Part shown: positions 44,461-54,332 of the stretch, piece by piece
How positions within the stretch are numbered: the stretch's first letter is position 1
Layout of the letters: the number at the start of each line of letters is the position of its first letter
Origin: Patescibacteria group bacterium
Lineage (GTDB): Bacteria > Patescibacteriota > Patescibacteriia > UBA1558 > GWA2-36-10
NCBI GenBank assembly: GCA_041662585.1
Contig: JBAZSG010000003.1
Span: 99,011 to 155,346 of the forward strand
DNA: 56,336 nucleotides
Direction of reading: 5' to 3'
Made by a program: the position numbers and the translations under genes
Notes under the pieces: model-generated
Told to the model about the DNA's origin: nothing
The model's database searches: none
What the model saw: the letters and a program-made list of their open reading frames with translations, nothing else

Positions 44461-46389
44461 TTATTGAGAAAAATACCACTCCATAAATTCTCTAGTAATG
44501 GTGACTGCCAAACCTATATCTCCACCCTCCTCTACTATGACTGCCGTCACTATCTTGGCATCATCATATGGAGCAAAAGCTGCCATCCAAGAATGTGGTG
44601 TTTTGTTTCTATTAAACTGAGCTGTACCTGTTTTTCCAGCAACATTTACCGCTACTGATTTCAAACTCTGAGCAGTTCCATCGGTCACTGTCATGCGCAA
44701 ACCCTTTCTAATGATATTTAAATTATCGGAAGAAATAATATTGTCCAAAAATATTTCTGGTTTATAAACTTCTGTCTTATCATCATTGGTTTTTTCTAGC
44801 GCTGCTGTTTTTATTTGTTCTATAAAATGTGGCTTATAAACTTGTCCATTATTAGCAAAATAGGACATTAGTGTAGCTGTTTGAAGTGGAGTAGTCAATA
44901 AAAATCCCTGCCCAATAGATAAATTATATGTATCACCCAAATACCATCGTTCACCAAATGTCTTCTCTTTCCAGTCTTTGGAAGGAAGAAACCCATCAGC
45001 TTCTGAACTCAAATCAATACCAGTAGCTTTGCCCAAAGAAAATTTCCTAGCATAGTCTATGATTTTATCAACACCAAGTCCCAAACTAAGCCATTGATTG
45101 TTTCCACCACCAATAGAATAAAAAAATGTATTTACTGAGTCCGCTAAGGCCCAATATATATTTGTCAGACCATGTCCTCCTGGTCGCCAATCTGGAAAAA
45201 AGTTAGAGCCAAGTTGTACTCCACCTGTACTATTGACTGTGAAGCTAGGGGTAATCAGTTTTTCTTCTAGTGCTGCTGATGATATTACTGTTTTAAATAT
45301 TGAACCCATTGGATATGTACCAGATATTACTCTGTTGAGTAAAGGTAAATCTTCATTTTCTATAATTTTTTTGTACTCTTCAGTATTTAAAACACTAGTA
45401 AATATATTGTTGTCATAACTAGGCAAAGAAACCATAGCCAAAACTCCACCGTCTTTTGGATCAAGTACAACAGCGGCCATTTTTGTTTTATCATAACGCT
45501 CAGAATTTTTTTGCATTATCTCAAACAACTTTTCTTGAGCCTTGGAGTCTATAGTCAATATCAAATCTGAACCATGCACTGGCTCTATCATAGACAAAAT
45601 ATTTTTTTCTCTAAACAATGCATCTACCTCAATTTGCCTAATTCCATCTTGACCCTTTAAAATATCTTCATAAGTCAATTCTAAACCAGCCTTAGCAATC
45701 CTATCATTATAATTATATTTACCATTTTCTATATCTTGTTCAGTAACTGACCCCAGATAACCCAAAGAATGGCTAATACCTAAATTGCTAAAATATTGCC
45801 GACGTGACTCATAAGCCACTTCTACACTAGGTTGATTTTCTGAAAAAATCATCACTTTCATAGCCAAATCATATGACAAATTTTCATATATCAATACTTT
45901 ATCCAGTTTAGATTTTTCGTCAAAAATCATTGTTTCTAAATCATCTTTAGGAATTTCTAAAATACTTGACAATTTATTAAATAAATCTTGTCTCAATAAT
46001 TCATCACTTGGTAAAATATCTTTATGAATATAAAGAAAAAAATAAGAAATATTTTTGACTAACAAATTACCAAAACGATCATATATCAATCCTCTATTGG
46101 CTTTTATTACATCTGATCTTATACGATTTCCTTCAGCCACATTTCTAAAATGTTCTCCGTTCAAAACTTGCAAATAAAAAGATCTAGAAAATAATATAAA
46201 CAAAAATAAAGCAAAAATAAAAAATAGAGATCGTATTTTTTTCTCCTCAAAAAATCTACCAAGCTGTTGTGTTTTATCTATTAGACCAAAATCTAAATAA
46301 TCACCACTTTTCTTTTGCTTTATAAAATCACCTACTTTAGAATCACGAATTTGGCCTTCCTGAATTTTAAAAGGATTGTTTTTTATCAT
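44461..46389 (-). CDS. mrdA: penicillin-binding protein 2 (elongasome transpeptidase)
   Basis: N-terminal TM helix and the motifs SxxK (GSIFKT), SxN (DSVN) and KTG (GKTGTA). Confidence 0.88.
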   Translation of the reverse strand: MIKNNPFKIQEGQIRDSKVGDFIKQKKSGDYLDFGLIDKTQQLGRFFEEKKIRSLFFIFALFLFILFSRSFYLQVLNGEHFRNVAEGNRIRSDVIKANRGLIYDRFGNLLVKNISYFFLYIHKDILPSDELLRQDLFNKLSSILEIPKDDLETMIFDEKSKLDKVLIYENLSYDLAMKVMIFSENQPSVEVAYESRRQYFSNLGISHSLGYLGSVTEQDIENGKYNYNDRIAKAGLELTYEDILKGQDGIRQIEVDALFREKNILSMIEPVHGSDLILTIDSKAQEKLFEIMQKNSERYDKTKMAAVVLDPKDGGVLAMVSLPSYDNNIFTSVLNTEEYKKIIENEDLPLLNRVISGTYPMGSIFKTVISSAALEEKLITPSFTVNSTGGVQLGSNFFPDWRPGGHGLTNIYWALADSVNTFFYSIGGGNNQWLSLGLGVDKIIDYARKFSLGKATGIDLSSEADGFLPSKDWKEKTFGERWYLGDTYNLSIGQGFLLTTPLQTATLMSYFANNGQVYKPHFIEQIKTAALEKTNDDKTEVYKPEIFLDNIISSDNLNIIRKGLRMTVTDGTAQSLKSVAVNVAGKTGTAQFNRNKTPHSWMAAFAPYDDAKIVTAVIVEEGGDIGLAVTITREFMEWYFSQ

Positions 46390-46870
46390 GATGCTTTAGC
46401 CAAAAATTATAATAAATTAAATGTAAAAATATTACTAACAATACATTAATACTCATCATTTTTAATACTGGTAAAAATATAGTAGCATTTAAAGTATAAA
46501 GCTCCCAATTGAAAATAAAATCACTAAGCCAAAATAATAACCAATACAAAATAAATGAAAACAATGTTAACAACACAATAGCCAAAATATTTTTTGAAGT
46601 CAAAATAGTAAGTTGAAAACTTTTTAATATAAATACAATACTAATAAATATAAATGCATGTAAACCAAAAATCCCAGTAAATGAATCAACAAAAAATCCA
46701 GCTACCATAGCAAATATATAATGTAACCATTCTGACTGAATATTAAAATAAACTAATAATGTAGCTATTAAAAATGGTTGTAAAAATTGCCAACCATTAT
46801 CATAAAAATTTAAAAGTAAAAATAAAAAGCTAGCTACAAAAAATATTAATACAAGATATAAATATCTCAT
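46367..46870 (-). CDS. mreD: rod shape-determining protein MreD
   Basis: A 167-aa polytopic membrane protein directly after mreC (4-nt overlap). Confidence 0.7.
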   Translation of the reverse strand: MRYLYLVLIFFVASFLFLLLNFYDNGWQFLQPFLIATLLVYFNIQSEWLHYIFAMVAGFFVDSFTGIFGLHAFIFISIVFILKSFQLTILTSKNILAIVLLTLFSFILYWLLFWLSDFIFNWELYTLNATIFLPVLKMMSINVLLVIFLHLIYYNFWLKHHDKKQSF

Positions 46871-47607
46871 AAACTTGTAATAACTGCTAAAATATTTAGT
46901 GCTTCATAATTAATCAATGGCACAACAGAGGCTTTTTTAAAAAGCTCTTCTTGAGAAAATTCAATGTTTTCTATTTGACCAACCACTAAACCAGCTGGAA
47001 TTTTTGGATTTATATCAGCAGTTACCACTAAATCATCTTTTTTTATTTCTTGTTCTTGAGGTATAAAACTAAGATCCATCACCAAACCAAGAGAACCAGT
47101 AAGTATTCCGGCGATGCTATTATGATTGGCAATTTTGACAGCCAACTTAGAAAAATTGTCAGTCAATAACCTAACCTTAGATGAATCAATGCTAACATCT
47201 ATAACCTTCCCAATGACTATACCATTACTTACTACTACCGCCTGTCCAATTTCTATATTTTTGTCTCGCCCAGCATCTACTATCAATATATTACGATTGA
47301 CCGGATCTCTACTTAATATGTTTACTGCTGCCAAACTATACTCATTTTTATTTTTCAAATCTAACAATTCATGAAGACTATTATTCTCTTGTTGCAATTC
47401 TTTTAGCTTACTATTTTCTATTAAAAGATTTTTATAGCTTTCTTCAATATTTTCTGGTGGATTGACAAGAGTACTGTTAAATTGATTGGAGCTAAAAATA
47501 TTTCTAAAGATAATACCCAAATCAAAAATTTGGCCATTTTTAAATAGCACAAATAAAGCAACGATCATTATAAAAATTAAAAAAAGTTTTAAATTTTGTC
47601 TTAACAT
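46867..47607 (-). CDS. mreC: rod shape-determining protein MreC
   Basis: TM helix, a coiled coil (ENSKLKELQQENNSLHELLDLK), and beta-barrel domains with GQAVVVSNGIVIGKV. Confidence 0.85.
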   Translation of the reverse strand: MLRQNLKLFLIFIMIVALFVLFKNGQIFDLGIIFRNIFSSNQFNSTLVNPPENIEESYKNLLIENSKLKELQQENNSLHELLDLKNKNEYSLAAVNILSRDPVNRNILIVDAGRDKNIEIGQAVVVSNGIVIGKVIDVSIDSSKVRLLTDNFSKLAVKIANHNSIAGILTGSLGLVMDLSFIPQEQEIKKDDLVVTADINPKIPAGLVVGQIENIEFSQEELFKKASVVPLINYEALNILAVITSL

Positions 47608-47622
47608 AAGCTATTTTTGATA

Positions 47623-48675
47623 CTAGCTTAAGCCCAAATCTTTACTAGAAGGCAATAATATTTCTCTCAAGTTATCTAAATCATCCAATACTTTACCAGT
47701 GCCACGAACAACGGCTGTAAGTGGCTCATCGGTGATATGTACTGGCATTTTAGTTTCTTGAGATATCAAAACATCCAAACCTTTAAGCAGTGCACCACCA
47801 CCAGTCAGTACCATACCTTTTTCATAGAGATCTGAGACCAATTCTGGAGGAGTATTTTCTATGGTATTTTTTATGTTTTCTACAATCAATTTTATAGGTT
47901 TGATAATAGCCTCTCTTATATTAGCATCTGTTACCTGGACTTCTTTTGGTAAACCAGTCAAAAGATCACGCCCACGCATAGTAGTTGTTATGGATTTATC
48001 TCCAGAAATAATAGAAGCAACCTCAATCTTTATTCGTTCGGCTGTCCGCTCTCCCAAAAGAAGATTAAATTTGTCACGAGCATATTGAATAATAGCCTCA
48101 TTTAATTTATCTCCGGCCAATTTAAGTGATTTCCAAGAAACTACTCCACCCAAAGAAATGATAGCTATCTCTGTAGTACCACCACCAATATCTACAATCA
48201 TTGAAGCACTGGCTTCTTGAATTGGCAGACCAGCGCCTATAGCTGCTGCCATAGGCTCTTCAATAAGCAACACTTCTGAAGCTCCGGCTCCCATTACAGA
48301 ATCTTCTACTGCTTTTCTTTCTACTTCTGTTACATCCAATGGAATACCAACTACTACTCTTGGTCTAGGCATAAAAGTAAAAGATTCGCGATGAACTTTT
48401 TCAATAAAATGTTTAATCATTTTTTCAGTGACTTCAAAATCAGAAATAATACCATCTACCAATGGTCTGGTCACTGTAATATGCTGAGGTGTTTTACCCA
48501 ACATGATTTTGGCATCCTCTCCAACAGCAACAATTTTTTCAGTACGATTGTTAATAGCCACAATAGAAGGCTCATTGATTACAATGCCCTGATCTTTTAC
48601 ATAAACCAAAATATTGGCTGTACCTAAGTCAATGCCAATATCTTTAGAAAATTTGTTAAAAAATCCTTTAAACAT
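47623..48675 (-). CDS. mreB: rod shape-determining protein MreB
   Basis: IGIDLGTANILVY, DIGGGTTEIAIISLGG and VLTGGGALLKGLD. Confidence 0.92.
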   Translation of the reverse strand: MFKGFFNKFSKDIGIDLGTANILVYVKDQGIVINEPSIVAINNRTEKIVAVGEDAKIMLGKTPQHITVTRPLVDGIISDFEVTEKMIKHFIEKVHRESFTFMPRPRVVVGIPLDVTEVERKAVEDSVMGAGASEVLLIEEPMAAAIGAGLPIQEASASMIVDIGGGTTEIAIISLGGVVSWKSLKLAGDKLNEAIIQYARDKFNLLLGERTAERIKIEVASIISGDKSITTTMRGRDLLTGLPKEVQVTDANIREAIIKPIKLIVENIKNTIENTPPELVSDLYEKGMVLTGGGALLKGLDVLISQETKMPVHITDEPLTAVVRGTGKVLDDLDNLREILLPSSKDLGLS

Positions 48676-49919
48676 TATGCGTAAAACTCTTTAATTTTCT
48701 TAACAGCGCCATCAATATCTACTAATTCTTTACTATGGTCTTTTCTATAAATAAGTTCTAATTTTGATTGTTTATCAGAAATGATTAACTGTAAACAATT
48801 GCCCAATAAATCAGCATCTTTTAATTTCTTACCATATGATATATCCCTGTCATCATATAGTACTTCTATACCATTTTTGACTAATTTTTCATAGATACTA
48901 TCAGCTTGTTCATTTGTCTTATCATTTTTTGAAAGATTTAGCAAATGAACTTGATATGGCGTAGTAGCTTTTGTCCATATAATACCGTCTTTATCATGAC
49001 TAGCTTCAACTACAGTGCCCATAATCCTACCCAATCCAATACCATATGAACCCATTAAAACTTCCTTCATCTTACCATCTTCAGTGGTATATTTAAGGCC
49101 TAAAGCTGAAGAATATTTTGTGCCCAATCTAAAAATGTTTCCAGACTCTACTGTCTTAACTTCTTCTGTTTTAAATCCACACTTTGGACACCTATCTCCA
49201 ACCTTAATCTTTGATATTTCTTTATTTTGAGCCCAAAAACATTTATTACACAAAATAGTAAGATCTTCGCCAGCTTCAGTCTTAACCATAAATTCATGAG
49301 AGAATTGTTTACTCATAGCCCCACCTGATGCTTCTACTGAAAACGCTTCTAAGCCTAATCTTTGAAATATTTTTAAATACACATCATGAACTACCATATA
49401 ATAATCATCTAAATCTTTTTCATCTGTATGAAAACTATATAAATCTTTCATAGAAAATTCACGACCGCGTAATAGTCCTGATTTGGCTCTTTTTTCATTT
49501 CTAAATTTATTTTGAATTTGATAAATATAAATTGGTAAATCTTTATAAGACTTTATTTGTTGTTTTGCTAATTCAGTTACCACCTCTTCATGAGTGGTGG
49601 CCAACCCTACTTCAGAGCCATGACCATCTTCAAATTGATACATTATTTCCTTCATATCAGACCAACGACCAGTACGCTCCCATAGTTCTTTTGGTTGAAG
49701 AGCTGTCATAAGCATTTCTTGACCGCCTATACTATTCATTTCTTCTCTTATTATATTTTCAACCTTACGAAAAACTCTAAGACCAAGTGGCAAATAATTA
49801 TATACCCCCGCCATATGTTTTTCTATAAAACCACAACGAGTAAGTAACTCAGCGTTTATAGATTTTTCTTCTTTACTGACTTCTCGTCTAGTTTTTCCAA
49901 ATAATTTTGATTGTCTCAT
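48675..49919 (-). CDS. proS: proline--tRNA ligase, bacterial type, without the INS editing domain
   Basis: Motif 2 is FRNEKRAKSGLLRGREFSMKDLYSFH, and motif 3 includes GSYGIGLGR. Only about 45 aa separate GED from GNIFRLGTKYS. The stop shares one nt with the mreB start (TAATG). Confidence 0.88.
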   Translation of the reverse strand: MRQSKLFGKTRREVSKEEKSINAELLTRCGFIEKHMAGVYNYLPLGLRVFRKVENIIREEMNSIGGQEMLMTALQPKELWERTGRWSDMKEIMYQFEDGHGSEVGLATTHEEVVTELAKQQIKSYKDLPIYIYQIQNKFRNEKRAKSGLLRGREFSMKDLYSFHTDEKDLDDYYMVVHDVYLKIFQRLGLEAFSVEASGGAMSKQFSHEFMVKTEAGEDLTILCNKCFWAQNKEISKIKVGDRCPKCGFKTEEVKTVESGNIFRLGTKYSSALGLKYTTEDGKMKEVLMGSYGIGLGRIMGTVVEASHDKDGIIWTKATTPYQVHLLNLSKNDKTNEQADSIYEKLVKNGIEVLYDDRDISYGKKLKDADLLGNCLQLIISDKQSKLELIYRKDHSKELVDIDGAVKKIKEFYA

Positions 49920-49921
49920 AA

Positions 49922-50206
49922 CTAATCTTTTAATAAATTTATAATGCGCTCTTTTTCTTTTTCTAATATCTCTCCATCATAGTCTCCACTATGAGCAGTC
50001 TGACCATCATAACAAGCTCCTTTTTGATCAAGATGCAATGAAAATTCCCAAGCATCTTTCAAATTTTTTATATAAATATGAAAACGTGGAAATTCACTCG
50101 CTCCTAAAAGTCTAGAAAAACTTTTATTATTTTTATGTGGATGATAAGAAATTTTTCTAATTAAATTTAAAATATTATATTTATTATTATTTACTATAAA
50201 TTTCAT
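49922..50206 (-). CDS. hypothetical small protein
   Basis: Trimmed to ATG 50206, which removes the overlap with rseP. Sequence contains ...RFHIYIKNLKDAWEFSLHLDQKGACYDGQTAHSGDYDG... No family recognised. Confidence 0.5.
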   Translation of the reverse strand: MKFIVNNNKYNILNLIRKISYHPHKNNKSFSRLLGASEFPRFHIYIKNLKDAWEFSLHLDQKGACYDGQTAHSGDYDGEILEKEKERIINLLKD

Positions 50207-50211
50207 ATCTA

Positions 50212-51321
50212 TTATACAAACCAAGATTTTACAGCTTCCCAAATACCTCTACCATAAATACCAAAATCTCTAAAAGTCACTGCTACTAGTATAGCTATCA
50301 AAATAATAAAACCACTGTTGTGTATCCAAGCTTCTACTTTTTCATTCATTTTTTTCCTAGCAATAGCTTGTACGGCAATAAATAAAGCTCGTCCTCCATC
50401 CAAAGCTGGAAATGGGAAAAAATTTATAACTCCCAAATTGATAGAAAGTATAGCTGCAAAATAAACAATATTTACAAAACCTAGTTTTACAACTTGTCCT
50501 GTTATGACGGCTACAGCTATTGGCCCACCAAAACCATCAGCTAATCCTTTACCAGTAATCAAGTCGGCAATCAAATTGTATAGTGCTTTGACAATGCTGC
50601 CAATCATAGAAATTGTGGAAACAAAACCTTGTTTTATACTACCAAAAAATCCATAATCTATAATACCAGTCTCTGTAATACCAATACCCAACATCAACTC
50701 ACCGCTATCTCCAATTGGCTCATGACGTAAATTGTAAACCATTGGTTTGGAATCAGTTTTTAAGACTGCTAGTTCTACATTTTCCCCTCTCAACATTTCT
50801 AATTGTGCATAGACATCTTCATAATTTTCAAAAGTTTGATTGTTTACTTTTATAATCTTATCACCAACTTCTAAACCAATTTTATCAGCTGGACTTTCTT
50901 TAGCAATCTGTAAAATAACCACATTTTTATCTCTGATATTTTGATTGTCCAAATCACTAGTAATTTCTTGAGGAAAACCAACCATAAAAACAGCCGATAA
51001 CAAAACAAAAGCTAAAACAAAATTCATAAAAACTCCAGCAGCAACGACAATAAGTTTTTTCCAAGCTGGTTGATTTACAAAACTTCTAGGATCATCAAGA
51101 CCCTCACCCTGCTCTCCTTTTATCTTTACAAAACCTCCCATTGGTATCCAATTGAGCGAATATTTTATACCTTTTTTAGTCCAAGAAAATATTCTTGGCG
51201 GAAAACCAATAGCAAATTCTTCTACATCAATGCCTAATTTTATAGCACTAATAAAATGTCCTAGTTCGTGAACTAAGATCAAAAGACCTAAAATTAAAAT
51301 AAATATAATAGCTGTATCCAT
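50212..51321 (-). CDS. rseP: RIP metalloprotease RseP (M50 site-2 protease with PDZ domain)
   Basis: HELGHF in TM1, a central PDZ domain (GLEVGDKIIKVN), and C-terminal NLGVINFFPFPALDGG. Confidence 0.88.
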   Translation of the reverse strand: MDTAIIFILILGLLILVHELGHFISAIKLGIDVEEFAIGFPPRIFSWTKKGIKYSLNWIPMGGFVKIKGEQGEGLDDPRSFVNQPAWKKLIVVAAGVFMNFVLAFVLLSAVFMVGFPQEITSDLDNQNIRDKNVVILQIAKESPADKIGLEVGDKIIKVNNQTFENYEDVYAQLEMLRGENVELAVLKTDSKPMVYNLRHEPIGDSGELMLGIGITETGIIDYGFFGSIKQGFVSTISMIGSIVKALYNLIADLITGKGLADGFGGPIAVAVITGQVVKLGFVNIVYFAAILSINLGVINFFPFPALDGGRALFIAVQAIARKKMNEKVEAWIHNSGFIILIAILVAVTFRDFGIYGRGIWEAVKSWFV

Positions 51322-51325
51322 AAAA

Positions 51326-51880
51326 TTAAATTGTCATTATTTCTTTTTCTTTAGCTTCACTAATTTGTTTAACTTTTTCATTGTATTCTTTGACCATCTC
51401 ATCAAGATCTTTTAAAGCAGTAAATTTATCATCCTCTGAAATTGTCTTGGCCTTTTCTATAGAAATAATTTCTTCTCTTACTTTTTCTCTATTATTTCTC
51501 AACCTAATACGAGCATCCTCTACTTTTTTATGTAAAATTTTTACCAACTCTTTGCGAGATTCCTCTGTAAGTGGAGGAAAATTTAATCTGATTAAATCTC
51601 CATCTACTATTGGATTGATATTTAAATCCGATTTATTAAGAGCTCTTTCTATGTTGGCCAAAATACCCTTATCCCAAGGCTTGATCGTCATGCTCTGAGG
51701 CTCAGGAGTAGTAATGGCTGCTAATTGCAAAAGAGCTGTATTGGTACCATAACTTTCTACAATTATGTTTTCTACCAAAGATGGCGATATCCTACCTGTC
51801 CGTAGTGAAGAAATATCCTCTTTAAAAGCCTCAATAGTTTTGTCAAATTGATCTCTATGTTGTGCTACTAAACTATGCAT
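51326..51880 (-). CDS. frr: ribosome recycling factor
   Basis: 184 aa with LRTGRISPSLVENI, ITTPEPQSMTIKPWD and IRLNFPPLTEE. Confidence 0.93.
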   Translation of the reverse strand: MHSLVAQHRDQFDKTIEAFKEDISSLRTGRISPSLVENIIVESYGTNTALLQLAAITTPEPQSMTIKPWDKGILANIERALNKSDLNINPIVDGDLIRLNFPPLTEESRKELVKILHKKVEDARIRLRNNREKVREEIISIEKAKTISEDDKFTALKDLDEMVKEYNEKVKQISEAKEKEIMTI

Positions 51881-51891
51881 ATATTTATATA

Positions 51892-53223
51892 TTATTTTTT
51901 TATGATTTGATAAGCTCCTAAATATAAAAACCTGTTATCCAAAGAAAAAGACAAAGAACGAGCACTATGATCTGTTGGTAAATTACTAATATTCCAACTA
52001 CCACCATCGTCTATGGAATGATAAAAAGCGGCTGAAGTGCCATAAAATAACTCCGCTGTATTTTTTGGATTTACCAAAACTGAAAATATGGCTTCACCTT
52101 TATTTGGTGGTGTAAGTAATTTTATTTGTTTCCACATCGGGCCATATTTGTCCTTTGTTATTCTATAAATAGCTCCGTTGTTTGCATAAATAACAGCGTC
52201 ATCAAGACTCCTATCTAAACTAGCTGTGATAACCACTGAAGAACCTTTTATTTTCCCCAATGGCAAATACTTATTTCTTTTTTCATATTCTATTTTTTCT
52301 TCTTTGGTCAAATACTTACAAGTTTGTTTAAATTTTTCTTCTTCGGCGGCTGCTAATAATTCTGTCCTGCGATCTACATCATCAACACCTTCAGTAATAC
52401 TCTTTTTTTCTGTACTATTCAATTTTTGACATGTTGCTGCTAATTTTGCTTCTTCTCTAGCAACTAAAAATTCATCAAATAAAACATCCTCGTCTATTTC
52501 TGCTCTATCCACACGCCAATCCAAAAGATTTTCCCAAGAAAGACCATCATCTGGACTCCTAAAAATACCCCTCTTTTGTGTGACAGCATAAACCACCCTA
52601 CTATTTTCATCCTCCACTACAAAAATATTTTTTACCATGTCACCAAAACGCTCGGTAACATCCCAATTTATACCCTGATCTTCACTACGAAGTAGTGACC
52701 CACTTAAAGTACCGGCAAATATTATATCATTATCATGACTACTGATGGCCAAAGAATTGATATATTGACCTTTACCTGGTTCAAAATATATTTTATCCCA
52801 AGTACGTGAACAATCTTTTGTTTTAAAAATTGCATTGTGTACAGCCGCAAAAATAGTACAGTTTCTTTCTCCATCAACTACTATATCATTGACTGTCCCT
52901 AGTCCTGAAAGTGTCCTAGTCCAACCGTCACCATAATCATAGCTATAAAATATACCATCATGAAGAGTCCCTAAATAAATAGCACTATCATCTAATGGAT
53001 CATAGGTCATAACTGTGACACTAGAAGCATCAAAAGTAGCTGTCTTATCACCAAGGGTATATAAAGTATTCATTTTATCCCAAGTATTTCCTAAATCAGC
53101 ACTTCTAAAAAATCCACCGGTCAATTCTGATGGTGCTGTTGATTTGTTGCTAATACCAATACTACAACCAGCTAAAAATAAAGGCAAAATAAGTATTAAG
53201 GATAATAATTTTTGTTTTTTCAT
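51892..53223 (-). CDS. lipoprotein with BNR/Asp-box (SxDxGxxW) beta-propeller repeats
   Basis: Lipobox LFLAGCS. Six SxDxGxxW-like repeats are present: SADLGNTW, SYDYGDGW, TKDCSRTW, SEDQGINW, SPDDGLSW and SIDDGGSW. Position 53235 is TTG, so I trimmed it to ATG 53223. Confidence 0.7.
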   Translation of the reverse strand: MKKQKLLSLILILPLFLAGCSIGISNKSTAPSELTGGFFRSADLGNTWDKMNTLYTLGDKTATFDASSVTVMTYDPLDDSAIYLGTLHDGIFYSYDYGDGWTRTLSGLGTVNDIVVDGERNCTIFAAVHNAIFKTKDCSRTWDKIYFEPGKGQYINSLAISSHDNDIIFAGTLSGSLLRSEDQGINWDVTERFGDMVKNIFVVEDENSRVVYAVTQKRGIFRSPDDGLSWENLLDWRVDRAEIDEDVLFDEFLVAREEAKLAATCQKLNSTEKKSITEGVDDVDRRTELLAAAEEEKFKQTCKYLTKEEKIEYEKRNKYLPLGKIKGSSVVITASLDRSLDDAVIYANNGAIYRITKDKYGPMWKQIKLLTPPNKGEAIFSVLVNPKNTAELFYGTSAAFYHSIDDGGSWNISNLPTDHSARSLSFSLDNRFLYLGAYQIIKK

Positions 53224-53227
53224 ATTT

Positions 53228-54229
53228 TTATTCAATACTTAAAAATAAGTTTTCCCACATCAGCTGTGGTGATATATTGTGATTTAATTTTTCTTTGGAG
53301 CTACTCAAAGATAATAAATTAGTTATCAAACTTTGTTTAGAAAATTTTTTAGATAGAGAATTTATTTCTTTAGTATAAATTTTGTTGATTATTGGCCTAT
53401 TGAGCTTGGCCCACAAAATATCTCTAAGACATATTTCAAATAAATCTAGATATTCTCGAGTCAAATTGCCCAACTCATACATTTTATAAGCTGGATATTC
53501 TTTTTTTAATATTCCAAACCACTTCTCAATGGCCTGCATATAATAAAAAGTGCCACCAGCTAACATATTGAGTATAAATTGAGAACTTTTTTTAAATTGT
53601 TCCATATTGTCAGTCATCAGTCGTAGGGCTAAACCTGGATGACCAAAAGAAAGATTGACTATTGTTTCTTTCTCCTGATCAGAAAATTCATAATTTTTGA
53701 GCCAAGCAAACATATCTTCTCTACTAAGAGACTTAAATTTTATAAGCTGAGCACGAGAAATAATAGTGGCTGGTAAATTGACTATGGAATTGGCAATCAA
53801 GATAATAGTGGTATTTTTTGGTGGCTCTTCCAAAGTTTTTAATAATGCATTAGCCGAAAAAAGATTTATGGTTTCTGCACCATAGACAATAGCTACTTTA
53901 CGATGACCACTAAAATTGGACATCGCTATTTTGTGTAAAAATTCACGAATATTATCAATGCTCAAATCTTCTCTATCACCAACTTTATAGATATCCAAAA
54001 AAGTACCTCTAGCTATCTTTTGACAATTATCACATTTTCCACAAGGTTTTACACTATCATCTAAACAAAAAATACTTTTTACAAAATAATCGGTAATTGT
54101 TTTTTTACCAAGCCCTTTTGAACCATAAAACAAATAAGTATTAGCCAATTTATTTTGACTGATAGTTTCTTCTAAAAAATTTAATTGGTTTCTATGACCA
54201 TAAATAGGCCACTTGTATTGTTGTGACAT
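53228..54229 (-). CDS. holB: DNA polymerase III subunit delta prime
   Basis: LANTYLFYGSKGLGKKT, a Cys cluster CLDDSVKPCGKCDNC, LKTLEEPP and SRAQ. Position 54265 is TTG, so I trimmed it to ATG 54229. Confidence 0.85.
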   Translation of the reverse strand: MSQQYKWPIYGHRNQLNFLEETISQNKLANTYLFYGSKGLGKKTITDYFVKSIFCLDDSVKPCGKCDNCQKIARGTFLDIYKVGDREDLSIDNIREFLHKIAMSNFSGHRKVAIVYGAETINLFSANALLKTLEEPPKNTTIILIANSIVNLPATIISRAQLIKFKSLSREDMFAWLKNYEFSDQEKETIVNLSFGHPGLALRLMTDNMEQFKKSSQFILNMLAGGTFYYMQAIEKWFGILKKEYPAYKMYELGNLTREYLDLFEICLRDILWAKLNRPIINKIYTKEINSLSKKFSKQSLITNLLSLSSSKEKLNHNISPQLMWENLFLSIE

Positions 54230-54297
54230 TACCTTTAAAATACCATTTTTAAGCTTAAAAATCAATCCCGTATAACATACTTACGGGACAATCTCTG

Positions 54298-54332
54298 TGA
54301 ATAAATAAAAACAGGCTATTATTAAGCCTGTT
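54298..54332 (-). terminator. intrinsic terminator overlapping the rnhA stop codon
   Basis: The minus strand reads AACAGGC-UUAAUAAUA-GCCUGUU followed by UUUUAUUUAUU. Confidence 0.65.
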
